Assembly: GCA_963666835.2 (NCBI GenBank) | Contig: CAXXGO010000001.1 | Span: forward strand, 1,824,001 to 1,888,000 | DNA length: 64,000 bases | Source of the DNA: Phycisphaerae bacterium | Lineage (GTDB): Bacteria; Planctomycetota; Phycisphaerae; UBA1845 | Direction of reading: 5' to 3' | Shown: in pieces, positions 10,821-20,665 of the stretch | How the letters are laid out: each line of letters starts with the position of its first letter | Position numbering within the stretch: position 1 is the first letter of the stretch | The notes under the pieces: generated by a model | What the model was told of the DNA's origin: nothing | Seen by the model: only the letters and a program-made list of their open reading frames with translations | Databases searched by the model: none | Made by a program: the position numbers and the translations under genes

Positions 10821-11972
10821 TCAGATGTATCGCGCAACCAGACCCGTCATGATGTCGTCGACGTTTTCCGGGGTGGCGCCTAGTTCGTCGCACGCGCGCT
10901 TGGCTCGGGCTCGGCGACGTTCGTCAAGCAGATCGCCGCAGCCGCGAAAGACGCCCATCCTGCGTCCAATCCGGTAGACCGTCTGCTCATGTGGGGGCAG
11001 AGCCAGGAACTCGCGAATGAGATGGGCCATCCGGTCCCGGTCGTCCGGGAGATCACCCTCCAGGTCGCCGAACAGGTTTAGGATGTGGTCACTTCTGACC
11101 TTACTCGTAATCCCGTTGAGGTTCTCGATGAAGCTGAGCAGCTCGGTCACGACCATGGTCTCCGGGCATTTGTCGAACCGGCCGTTGCGGCAATCTTCGA
11201 TGAGCGGAACGTGTTCTGGGATTGCGAGCGTTCTAATCCGGATGAAATCCGGGTCGATTTGGTTCAGAACCTCGGCCGTCTCCCGTGCGTGGGCGTGGGA
11301 AAGTCGCCGGCCTCCCAAACCCGGCATGACGTACTCCGACAGTTCGATCCCGGCCTGCTTGACCTTCAGCCCGGCGGCGATGTGCTTGTCTTTGGTTGCG
11401 CCCTTCTTAACGCGGGCGAGAACCTCGTCGCACCCCGATTCCAGGCCGACGTGGATCCGGTTCAACCCGGCCGCCGCGAGGGCGCCGAGATCGGCGTCCT
11501 TCTTCAAGGCGATAGTGTGCGAGCGTGAGTACGCCGTCACGCGCTGCACTTCCGGGAAGCACTCCCGGATATGAGTGAGGATTGCCACAAGGTCATCGGT
11601 CGAGACAACGAGAGCGTCGGCGTCCTGAAGGAACACGGATTTCATTCCTCCCGCAAGTGCCCAATGGAAGGCGGCTCTTGCGGCCGGGCGGTCTTCCGCG
11701 GCGGCTTCGATTGCGGGGCGGGCCGCGGTCAGCGTGTCTGGCGCAATGTCCCGGTCACGCAAGAGATCCGCGTAATAACGGACCCGGTCGATATCCCGCT
11801 TAATGTGGGCGACCGGGCGGAACGAGAACTTCGTCCCTTTGTATACCGGACAGAACCGGCAGCGGTTCCACGGGCAGTTTCGAGCTACACGGATTAGCAG
11901 GCTGTGCGCCTCGCTTGGCGGCCGGATCGGCCCCTGCTCGAACCCATCGTAACTGTTGTTAGTGTCTCGCAT
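10821..11972 (-). CDS. Radical SAM protein of unknown function
   Basis: CxxxCxxC motif (NCPWNRCRFC) after EQGPIRPPSEA; barrel motifs VFLQDAD and HVGLESG. Confidence 0.9.
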   Translation of the reverse strand: MRDTNNSYDGFEQGPIRPPSEAHSLLIRVARNCPWNRCRFCPVYKGTKFSFRPVAHIKRDIDRVRYYADLLRDRDIAPDTLTAARPAIEAAAEDRPAARAAFHWALAGGMKSVFLQDADALVVSTDDLVAILTHIRECFPEVQRVTAYSRSHTIALKKDADLGALAAAGLNRIHVGLESGCDEVLARVKKGATKDKHIAAGLKVKQAGIELSEYVMPGLGGRRLSHAHARETAEVLNQIDPDFIRIRTLAIPEHVPLIEDCRNGRFDKCPETMVVTELLSFIENLNGITSKVRSDHILNLFGDLEGDLPDDRDRMAHLIREFLALPPHEQTVYRIGRRMGVFRGCGDLLDERRRARAKRACDELGATPENVDDIMTGLVARYI

Positions 11973-12320
11973 TCCTGTGGGGGCACTCCTCTACGCCGGA
12001 TGGTAACTCGTCTAGTGGCAGGCTTCCACAAAGCGGTACCGTTGTTCGGGCGGGGCAACCTGGACGGCTGGCCCGTCGCTTTGGGGGGGCGTCTATTCAG
12101 TCGATTCCGCGAGGTTTAGACGGCTGGCTCGGAGGCAAAACAAAGTTCCTTATTCTCGACAGGCACCTGGCACGCTCGATTTCGATTAAACCGACGGGCC
12201 CCCCAATGCGATGGGGCATCCATCGCGGTGGTTCTGCGGGTGTGGGGTTGTTCTATTGGTGTCGGGCCTCGTTACCGGCGCGGGGCGAGGGGCCCCGCGC
12301 CGGGGAACGACGGCCGAAGT

Positions 12321-15300
12321 CTAGGGGTTGTCCGGGTCCAGGCCGGTGAAGTCGGTCATGGTCTCGTAGACGGCTTGACCGTTCTCGTCGCACGGGTCGA
12401 CCAGGATCTTACGAGCGAAGACCGGGGAATCGTGGGTCAGAGCCCGGTGGCAGTCGTTGCAACTCCGCTCCGGAAGCGATCCGTAGCCCCACGACTCTTC
12501 CTTGGCCAGCACGTTGTGGTCCATGCCCCAGATGTACGGGTACCATTCCTCCATGGCGATACCCTTGCCGACGTAATTGAGGGACAGCACATTGTGCGAG
12601 TCGGCCGGGTCCTGATAGAAGAACCGCTTACCGCGGACCAGCACCGGGTTGGCCGCGACCTGCACGCCGTTGTCGTCGTTACCCTTGAGGGCCTGGATGA
12701 ACGTCAGAATCTCCTCGGGCGTGTTGATCTCGTTGCGCCCGTCACCGTCCGCGTCGGTTACCGCCAGCCACGGATCGGTGGCGGCGTTGGCAATGGCCTG
12801 AGCCACTCGCCAGGTATACAGCGGAGTGACGGTGTCGTCGGTGTAGTCGCCCGGGGTACCGTTAGTGTCCCAATCACCGAAGTAGTGCATGATCCAGACA
12901 CTGGCCGGGAACCAACGCTCGACCCCGTCGCTGTCCTTCTTGAGCATAAACGGCGGATACCAGCGACTGTCGCCGTCCACCGCCGCCGGATTCAGCGGAT
13001 CTTCCGAGTAATACTGGTGGGTCCAGCCGACGCTGCCGGGAACGGTACTGTCTCTGAAGAGCAGACCGGCGGTCAAAGCGTAAGGCACGTGGCACGCCTG
13101 GCAGGCGAGGACCTCGTACGGCGGCACCGCGTGAATGTTCAAATCACCGGGGACTTCCGGAGCGTCTTCGTGACGCACCGGGCTGTCCGAAAGGTGGCAC
13201 TCGCGGCATGACCGGAAATCGTTCGCATAGTCCAACTCGTCACGGAACTGGAGATTGAAGGCGTTACCCTTGCCCACGTTGTGGTCCAGTTCGCCCTCGT
13301 GACACTCCGTACAGACTCGGCTCTCGTTGGCGGGAATGTCGTTGGCGGGATCCTCGTCGTTGAGGTTGTTGAACTTGGCATAGTGTACGTCCCGATCGTC
13401 GAACCATACCATCCCCGCGACCACCGCCATCGGGTGGCAACTGGTGCAAGCCTGGTCCTTCGGCGGGTAGGCCAGCGACGACAACGCCAGCGAGAGCACG
13501 TCGTTCTCCCCGACGATCAAACTGCCGTCCGCTACGCCGACCGAGTAATCGATCGTCAGCGTGCTCGCCGCCGCGATCCCGCCCGATTCTTCCGGAACCG
13601 GATTGACGAACGCTTCATCCGCAGCACTGAGCCCGTCGGCGGAAGCTATGGCCGGGGAGGCCAACGCGTATTCGGAGTACCAGCCCTGCCCGGCGGTAGG
13701 TGCCGCGGCGAAGCCCGGAACCGGTTCGCCCGCGCCGTTGACCAGGTTGTTGGCGGCCGCGAGGGTATTACTGCGTTTGGCCTGGATCGTATCGGAGCCG
13801 CCGTTGTCGCGGTCCTCACGGTGGCACAAGAGGCAGTCGGGCTCGGAAAGACCGGTCTCGTCCCAGGGGGCGAGACTGGCTTGCCCCGTAGAGCCGTCCA
13901 CTACGCAATAGTCCCCGTCGAGGGCGACGTCGCCGGCGCTTTTGCCCAAAAGCTCGTAACCGAACTCGCCGGTGATTTCGTTGTAGAGGAGCTGATCGTC
14001 ACGATCGAACTCGCCCGGACCGCCGCCGGCGTGACAGCCGCTGCAATCGCGGATCCACGCGAAGGTCGACTGGTCAATGTCGGACGGACGGGTGTTGTCC
14101 TTGGCGGCCAGCATGAACTGGAACGTCTGACCCCACTGACCGTACCGGCCGGAACTCTTAGTCCAATACCGCCCGTCGCCGTAGTAGTCGTCGGCCATGT
14201 CGACGTTGCCGTCTACATCTGTGCGACCTTGCTGGAACCACTCGCCGTTGGCTACCTCGTCGGCCTCGTGGTCATGGCAGCCGCCGCAGGTCTGCCGCGG
14301 GCTGTAAGGCACCGTCGAGTCGACCGTGATCGGGTTCCCCAAAGAGTCCTTGAGGACCATTTGCGGGTGAGGATTGAGGTCGGTGAGTTCCTTGACGGTT
14401 TTGTAGATCGTCTGACCGTGCTCATCCAACGGATCGACGAGGATGAGGCGATCGAAGACCGGGGAGAGTTCGCCGTCGGCCGGGTGGCAGTCCAGACATC
14501 CGGCGAACGGATCGGCAGCGTGGCCCCAAGCTTCTTCCTGAGGAAGTACGTTGTGGTCCATGCCCCAGATATAGGGGTAGGACGTCATTGGGATGCCGGT
14601 CCCTTCATGCTCGAACGAGAGCACCGTGCCGGGATTGGCCGGGTCTTCGTAGAAGACCCGCGGTCCGCGAACCAGAACCGGGTTCGCCGCGAACGGCACG
14701 CCGTTGGAGTCGTTGCCGCGGAGAGCGGTAAGATAAGCCAGAATCTCCGCCGGAGTATTGATCTCTCCGCGTCCGTCGCCGTCGTCGTCCTGGAGTACTC
14801 CGGCCGGGACGTTCGCCGTCGCCTGGGCGGTTCGCCAGGTGTAGATCGGTGCGATTACGTCGTCGCTCAGATCGCCCGGAGTACCGTTATCGTCCCAGTC
14901 ACCGAAGTAGAACATGATCCATACGCTGGCCGGGAACCACCGCTTCACGCCGTCGCTGTCCTCTTTGAGCTGCAGGGGCGGATACCAGCGGCTGTCGCTG
15001 TCTTCGAGCGTCGGATCCAGCGGGTTCTCGGAGTAATACTGGTGGGTCCAGCCGACGCTGCCGGGAACGGTGATGTCGCGGAAGAGCAGACCGGCGGTCA
15101 GGGCGTAAGGTATGTGGCAGGCCTGGCACGAGAGAATATCGAACGGAGGCACGTTGTGGATCGTCTGCGTGCCGGGCACGTGTGGGGCGTCCGGATGACG
15201 GACCGGACTGTCGGTCAGGTGGCAATCGCGACAGGAGCGGAAGTTCTCCCAGTCCAGCTCGTTACGATACTGGAGCTGGAAGGAGTTGCCCTTGGCCGCA

Positions 15301-16772
15301 TTGTGGTCCAAGCCGGTCGGATGGCACTCGGAGCAGACGGTGCTCCGCTCCGCCGGGATGTCGTTGTCAGGGTCCTCGTCGTTGAGGTTGTTGAACTTGC
15401 GGTAGTGGATGTCACGATCGTCGAACCAGACTTCGCCGGCGACCACGGCCAAGGGGTGACAACTAACGCAGGCCCGATCGGCGGTTTTGAGGGATACGGA
15501 GTCCGGCGAGAGGAAGACCTCGTCGTTGTTGCCGACGGTCAGGCTGCCGTCGGTTACGCCGGTGTTGTAGTTGATGTCCAGAGTGGACGCGGCGGCTATG
15601 CCCCCGCGGCTCTGATCGTGGGCTTCGAGAAACGCTACGTCCGCGGTGGTCATTCCTTCGGTCGCGGCGATTGCGGAGGCGGGCTTGCTGAAACTGGAAT
15701 ACCAGCCCTGCCCGGCGGTCGAGGCGGCGGCAAACGCGGGGACCGGAGCTCCGCCGCCGTCGGTGAGGCTGTTGCCGGCCGCGAGGGTGTTGCTGCGGTT
15801 GGCCTGGATCGTGTCGGATCCGCCGTTGGTGCGGTCCGCCCGGTGGCACAAAAGGCAGTCGGGCTCGGAGAGTCCCGTTTCGTCCCAGGGTGCGGGGCTG
15901 ACCGTGCCGCTGGTTCTGTCGAGTACGCAGTAGTCGCCGTCGAGGGTTACATCGCCGGCGCTGTAGCCGAGCAGCTCATATCCGAACTGCCCGGAGGCTT
16001 CGTCGTAGAAGGGCTGGTTGTCGCGATCGAACTCGCCCGGCCCGCCTCCGGAGTGGCATCCGCTGCAGTCGCGGACCCAGGCGTAGGCGGACTGGTCGAT
16101 GTCGGAAGCGCGGTGGTTGTCCTTGGCGGCGAGCATGAACTGGAAGGACTGGCCCCACTTGCCGTACCGGCCGGCGCTCTTGATCCAGTATCTTCCGTCT
16201 CCGTAGTAGTCGTCGGCCATATCGACGTTGCCGGCCAAGTCGGTTCTGCCTTGCTGGAACCACTCGCCGTTGGCTACTTCGTCGGCGTCATGGTCGTGGC
16301 AGTCCCCGCAAGTCTGGCGGGGGCTGTACGGCACGGAGGAGTTGATCGTAATGGCGCTGCCGAGGCTGTCCTTGAGGGGAATCGGCGTATGCCCCCGGGC
16401 GTTTTGAAACCCGGCGAAGTCGGCAAAGTCGACGTCCCCGTCGCGGTCCGCGTCAAACAACGCTAAACAAACCGGCGGTATCTCGTCCCGAACCCCCGAT
16501 ACCGCAAAACACTCCTCAAAGAAACGAAAGTCCGTCAAATCGACGTAACCATTAACATCGAAATCCCACTGGTCGCTTTCGGCTGCTACTGCGATCGATG
16601 GAGAGGCTTCGATTGTGCTCGCCATTGTCTGGCGGACCTTCTGGATAGCCGGTCCCGGAGGCGCGCCGCGACCTCGTTGGGGTGAAGCGTCGATCGCTTC
16701 AACGGTCAGCTTGATCGTCAGGATGCCTAGGATGACGCAGAGCGTCCACGGTACGAGTGTCTTGCCGTTCAT
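12321..16772 (-). CDS. Exported multiheme cytochrome c with 16 CxxCH motifs (two tandem octaheme modules) and an N-terminal dockerin-like EF-hand pair
   Basis: 16 CxxCH counted, 8 per module. Signal/TM segment MNGKTLVPWTLCVILGILTIKLTVEA at ATG 16772. DFDVNGYVDLTDF...DADRDGDVDFADFAGF pair. The ORF-track extension to 17276 is probably non-coding. Confidence 0.9.
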   Translation of the reverse strand: MNGKTLVPWTLCVILGILTIKLTVEAIDASPQRGRGAPPGPAIQKVRQTMASTIEASPSIAVAAESDQWDFDVNGYVDLTDFRFFEECFAVSGVRDEIPPVCLALFDADRDGDVDFADFAGFQNARGHTPIPLKDSLGSAITINSSVPYSPRQTCGDCHDHDADEVANGEWFQQGRTDLAGNVDMADDYYGDGRYWIKSAGRYGKWGQSFQFMLAAKDNHRASDIDQSAYAWVRDCSGCHSGGGPGEFDRDNQPFYDEASGQFGYELLGYSAGDVTLDGDYCVLDRTSGTVSPAPWDETGLSEPDCLLCHRADRTNGGSDTIQANRSNTLAAGNSLTDGGGAPVPAFAAASTAGQGWYSSFSKPASAIAATEGMTTADVAFLEAHDQSRGGIAAASTLDINYNTGVTDGSLTVGNNDEVFLSPDSVSLKTADRACVSCHPLAVVAGEVWFDDRDIHYRKFNNLNDEDPDNDIPAERSTVCSECHPTGLDHNAAKGNSFQLQYRNELDWENFRSCRDCHLTDSPVRHPDAPHVPGTQTIHNVPPFDILSCQACHIPYALTAGLLFRDITVPGSVGWTHQYYSENPLDPTLEDSDSRWYPPLQLKEDSDGVKRWFPASVWIMFYFGDWDDNGTPGDLSDDVIAPIYTWRTAQATANVPAGVLQDDDGDGRGEINTPAEILAYLTALRGNDSNGVPFAANPVLVRGPRVFYEDPANPGTVLSFEHEGTGIPMTSYPYIWGMDHNVLPQEEAWGHAADPFAGCLDCHPADGELSPVFDRLILVDPLDEHGQTIYKTVKELTDLNPHPQMVLKDSLGNPITVDSTVPYSPRQTCGGCHDHEADEVANGEWFQQGRTDVDGNVDMADDYYGDGRYWTKSSGRYGQWGQTFQFMLAAKDNTRPSDIDQSTFAWIRDCSGCHAGGGPGEFDRDDQLLYNEITGEFGYELLGKSAGDVALDGDYCVVDGSTGQASLAPWDETGLSEPDCLLCHREDRDNGGSDTIQAKRSNTLAAANNLVNGAGEPVPGFAAAPTAGQGWYSEYALASPAIASADGLSAADEAFVNPVPEESGGIAAASTLTIDYSVGVADGSLIVGENDVLSLALSSLAYPPKDQACTSCHPMAVVAGMVWFDDRDVHYAKFNNLNDEDPANDIPANESRVCTECHEGELDHNVGKGNAFNLQFRDELDYANDFRSCRECHLSDSPVRHEDAPEVPGDLNIHAVPPYEVLACQACHVPYALTAGLLFRDSTVPGSVGWTHQYYSEDPLNPAAVDGDSRWYPPFMLKKDSDGVERWFPASVWIMHYFGDWDTNGTPGDYTDDTVTPLYTWRVAQAIANAATDPWLAVTDADGDGRNEINTPEEILTFIQALKGNDDNGVQVAANPVLVRGKRFFYQDPADSHNVLSLNYVGKGIAMEEWYPYIWGMDHNVLAKEESWGYGSLPERSCNDCHRALTHDSPVFARKILVDPCDENGQAVYETMTDFTGLDPDNP

Positions 16773-16923
16773 GGTCCAATCCCTTTGACGGTACGCCCCG
16801 ATCGTTGACTGATGGCTGACCCGCCCGCCACGACAGATGGTCGCGGTCCCCGGCGGGCGATGAACTGAGCCACCGACCTTCATGGGCCCTAACAGTGCGT
16901 ACTTAATGCCTCGACCTCGGGTG

Positions 16924-16939
16924 TTAATCGGATGATTAA
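16924..16939. promoter_or_regulatory. Candidate operator palindrome TTAATC-N4-GATTAA in the divergent cytochrome/aminopeptidase intergenic region
   Basis: Perfect AT-rich 6-4-6 inverted repeat in GC-rich DNA, about 150 bp upstream of the cytochrome start. Confidence 0.35.
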
Positions 16940-17247
16940 GGGAGCTGTTGGATGTAATCGTGGGAAAAACCCTGCGTGACCGTCGGTTGGAGAGAGGTAC
17001 AGCTACGTCACCCCACGGCCTCCCGATCTCGTCATCCGAAACCGTCTCAGAACAAGTTCCTCTCTTGAATGGGCTCAAACCGTTGTCGGTAGCGGTGTGC
17101 GTTTGCGGAACAGGTTGTGTTACAGAATGCAGTAGTCCACCATGCAGGGCGCCCGCGGCGGTTGCTTTGCCGACGTCGCCGGTTGCCGGTAAGCTCGACA
17201 CCGATCCGCTGCAAGAAGATCCGCAGGCGGTTTCAGGGAGGAGTGTA

Positions 17248-18661
17248 ATGACAGAGAACAGTGGTTCCTTGGCCATGACTGCCCCGGGTGAGGTTTATCG
17301 GACTAGGCGTGCGCGTCTTGCGTCGGGGCTGAGCCGGCCGATTGTGGTATTCGCGGGGCAGGCGCGTCCGCGGCAGTATGCAACGAATCTCCATCCGTTC
17401 CGAGCGGGCAGCAACTATCTCTACCTCGGCGGGCCCCCGCTGGCGGGAGCGGCATGGTTGATCGAACCGGGCAGCGATGGTGAGCGTGGGGCGACGCTAC
17501 TCCGTCCGCCTCCCGATTTCGAGGACGCGGTCTGGGTCGGTATGGCACCGAAAGACGATGAGATTGCATCGTCGGCCGGCATCGCCCCGGAGGCCATCTT
17601 CGCGCCGGGCGAGTTGGGGGAGATGCTCAAAGGGCGGAGGGCTGCGTATGTGGCTCCACCGTGCCTGCTGACCATGGAGTTCATCGGTCGGCTCGGTTTG
17701 CAGGCTGCCAAACCAGAGGAACAGCAGCTTCTCATCGATTCGCGTTTGTTCAAGGATCAATACGAGATTGCCGCACTCCGACGTGCGGCGAAGGCGGCCG
17801 TGAGTGCTCACCGGGCAGCGATGGCGGGGGACGGTTCCGGGAAGTTCTGAAGCCGGGGTCGCGGGGCGGCTTCTTGCGGGTTTTGCGACAGCGCGGTGCA
17901 TTCCGTCGTTTACCCCGATCGTCACAGTGAGGGGGGAGGTTCTCCACTGCGAGAGCTATCCCAATGAACTCAAGGCCGGTCAGTTGTTGCTGGCTGACGC
18001 CGGGGCGGAGGAACCCGGCGGTTACGCTTCCGACATCACGCGCACGTACCCCGTCTCGGGCGAGTTCACGGCTATACAACGCCAGATATACGAGACCGTG
18101 CTGCGGGCTGAGCGCGTGGGCATTGCTGCGTGCGTACCGGGCCGGCGATATCGTGATGTTCACGATCTGGCGGCGGGGGCGATCTGTGAGGGTCTGGTCG
18201 AGGCTGAGATCTTGAGGGGGGACCCCGTGGAACTGACCGCCCGCGGCGCTCACACGCTCTTCTTCGTACATGGCGTTGGGCACCTCCTCGGGCTCGATGT
18301 GCATGATATGGAGGATTTCGGGGATTTGGCCGGATACGCCCCCGGTCGTGAGAGGCGTTCGGACTTCGGCAGCAAGTTCCTGCGGCTTGACCGTGATTTA
18401 CAGGCGGGCATGGCCGTGACGATCGAGCCTGGGGTCTATTTCATCCCTCAACTTTGGGAGCGAACTGAGCTAACGGCACCGTTTGCAGATGTTGTTAACC
18501 GGGCGGCGGTTGATACGTTGCTCGAAGCTCGCTTTGGCGGTATCCGGATTGAGGACGATGTTCTGGTTCGCGGGGTCGATGCGGATGGACCGGAGGTGTT
18601 GACGGATGAGCTTCCCACAGATGCGGATGAGGTTACGGCGATTGTCGGCAGCGAAGCCTGA
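17248..18661 (+). CDS. pepP: Xaa-Pro aminopeptidase (M24B); apparent extra G in the G5 run at 17826-17830
   Basis: The N-domain (YRTRRARL, FRAGSNYLYL) is in ORF 16948..17850. The metal-ligand motifs (ADAGAE, YASDITRT, HGVGHLLGLDVHD, TIEPG, RIEDD) are in ORF 17804..18661. GGAGGAG precedes ATG 17248, and removing one G joins the two frames. Confidence 0.85.
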
Positions 18662-18720
18662 CGAATGAGGTTACCGTCGGCTCTGCCCCGACTCCGGATT
18701 GTGAACGAGAGGCCGTCCTT

Positions 18721-20631
18721 ATGGGCAACCCGGTTTCCGACACACCCAGTCCCCGAGGAGGGTTGCTGCGTAACGGCAACTTCGTTTTGCTGTGGTGCGC
18801 GTACGGAATCAGCGCTATGGGGGACCATCTCTCGGAGATGGCGATTCTCAAGACGCAGGATGCGGTCAACCCGGCGGTGGATGTCACACCCTTGACGGCG
18901 CGGATGAGCTTCATGTTCTTCCTGCCGTTTTTCTTCCTTGCTCCGGTAGCCGGGTTAATCGCCGACCGCCTTCCGCGGCGAGTAGTAATGATCGCGGCGG
19001 ACGTCGCGCGGGGGCTGATAATGCTCGGGTTCGCCGGGCTGATAGCGTGGACTGAGCACTGGGGGGCATGGGGACCGTTCATGCCGTTGCTTCTGGTTGG
19101 AGCGTTTGCCGGGCTGTTTGCCCCGGCGCGTTCGGCGCTGCTTCCCACTGTGGTAAGGGCCGATCAGCTTGTGCGCGCCAATGCCATGATCGCCGGGTTG
19201 GGGATCATCGCCACGATGATCGCGGTGACGATCAGCGGGTACCTTGCGGAGCATTACCATCCACAGGTCGCCTTCAGACTTGATGCGGTGACGTTTGCAC
19301 TTAGCGCGTCGTTCCTTACGTTCTTGCGCCTGCCTGTCGTGCGGAGTGACGATGCCGGCGGCCGCGCGCATGCTCCGTTGCGCGAGCTGGCCGACGGGTT
19401 CCGCTATGCGTTGTGCCATCGCCGGGTGCTGGAACTGTTGGCCGTCGGTGCATTGGTGTGGTTTTGCGGTCCGTTGGTCAATAGCGTGATCCCGGCTGTA
19501 GTACGCGATGTGTACGGCGGTACCTACCTGCAGATGAGCGCCTACCGTGCTTACTTGGGACTGGGTTTCATCCTGGGTGCCATTACCATCGCAACGCTGG
19601 GCAACGCGCTCCGCAGTGAGATTGCCATAACGTGGGGGCTGTTCGGCATCTCCGGGGGGATTGCGGTCTTTGCCGCTTCGGTCTACCTGCCGATGGCGCC
19701 GGAGACACTCTCGCGGATTGGAGCCGTCGGGGTAGTCATGGCCGGACTGTTCGCCGTGGCGGTTATGGCCAGCTTCAACGCGCTTCTGCAGCGGACGGTG
19801 GCGGATCGTTTTCGCGGGAGGATCTTCGGCGTTAAGGAGTTGTGCTGTACCGGTGCGCTTCTGGTGGCGACGGGGGCTTTGGGGGTCCCACGTTGGACGA
19901 ACGTGGATCGGTGGGTCGGGAAAATTCTGATCGCGGTGGCCGTAATCACGTTGGTTGCCGGAGCGGTTACTTTGTTTGTGCGTCTTGGACGGGGGCTCCA
20001 TGGCAGGCAGCTTACCTTTGCGCAGAACCTAAACGAGTTTCTGGCCAAGTTCTGGTGGCGTTTCCGGAGAATCGGGGCGCCGACGGTGCCGCGGGAGGGC
20101 GCCGTGATCATCACGGCCAACCACACCTGTTCGGCGGACCCGCTCTTTCTTAGTGCCGGGGTTATGTACCGGGCGATCTCGTTTATGGTTGCAGCGGAGT
20201 ATACGACTTGGCCGATCGTCAGGTATGTGCTCAGCCTGGTGGAGTGTATCCCGGTCAAGCGTGACGGCCGGGACACCGCCGCCACCAAAAGCGCGATGCG
20301 GCACCTGCGCGCTGGAAAGGCACTGGGGATTTTCATCGAAGGGCGGATCGTGGCACCCACGGAAGTGGTCAGGCCTAAAGACGGGGTGGCCATGTTGGCT
20401 TTGAAGACCGGTGCACAGGTGATTCCGGCCCACATCAGCGGCGTGAAGTATAACGACAATGTTGTGTGGGGGTTGATCGCGCGGCATCGGGCTCGGGTGC
20501 GATACGGTTCGCCGGTTGATCTGGACGAGTTCCGGGCAAAAGAGCAAAGCCGAGAGGTGGTTCGGGCTGCGACGAAGAAGATCTACGCGGCCATCAAGGC
20601 ATTGGCGCCGCCGCCGGACGATGGGGAATAA
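18721..20631 (+). CDS. MFS transporter fused to a C-terminal PlsC-type acyltransferase (LplT/Aas-like)
   Basis: About 12 TM helices with motif A (AGLIADRLPRR), followed by acyltransferase motifs NHTCSAD, GIFIEG and VIPAHI. Confidence 0.85.
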   Translation: MGNPVSDTPSPRGGLLRNGNFVLLWCAYGISAMGDHLSEMAILKTQDAVNPAVDVTPLTARMSFMFFLPFFFLAPVAGLIADRLPRRVVMIAADVARGLIMLGFAGLIAWTEHWGAWGPFMPLLLVGAFAGLFAPARSALLPTVVRADQLVRANAMIAGLGIIATMIAVTISGYLAEHYHPQVAFRLDAVTFALSASFLTFLRLPVVRSDDAGGRAHAPLRELADGFRYALCHRRVLELLAVGALVWFCGPLVNSVIPAVVRDVYGGTYLQMSAYRAYLGLGFILGAITIATLGNALRSEIAITWGLFGISGGIAVFAASVYLPMAPETLSRIGAVGVVMAGLFAVAVMASFNALLQRTVADRFRGRIFGVKELCCTGALLVATGALGVPRWTNVDRWVGKILIAVAVITLVAGAVTLFVRLGRGLHGRQLTFAQNLNEFLAKFWWRFRRIGAPTVPREGAVIITANHTCSADPLFLSAGVMYRAISFMVAAEYTTWPIVRYVLSLVECIPVKRDGRDTAATKSAMRHLRAGKALGIFIEGRIVAPTEVVRPKDGVAMLALKTGAQVIPAHISGVKYNDNVVWGLIARHRARVRYGSPVDLDEFRAKEQSREVVRAATKKIYAAIKALAPPPDDGE

Positions 20632-20665
20632 GACATTGTGAGGTCGAGGGTTTCGAGGAAGTCGA

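Noticed and set aside
13281..16466. 1061-aa plus-strand ORF; also 25473-27155, 34811-36169 and 41919-43466
   Set aside because: These are antisense shadows of well-supported genes in high-GC DNA and have no recognisable motifs.
17848..17850. Selenocysteine or read-through at the TGA in pepP
   Set aside because: The protein continues in a different frame, so an indel explains it.
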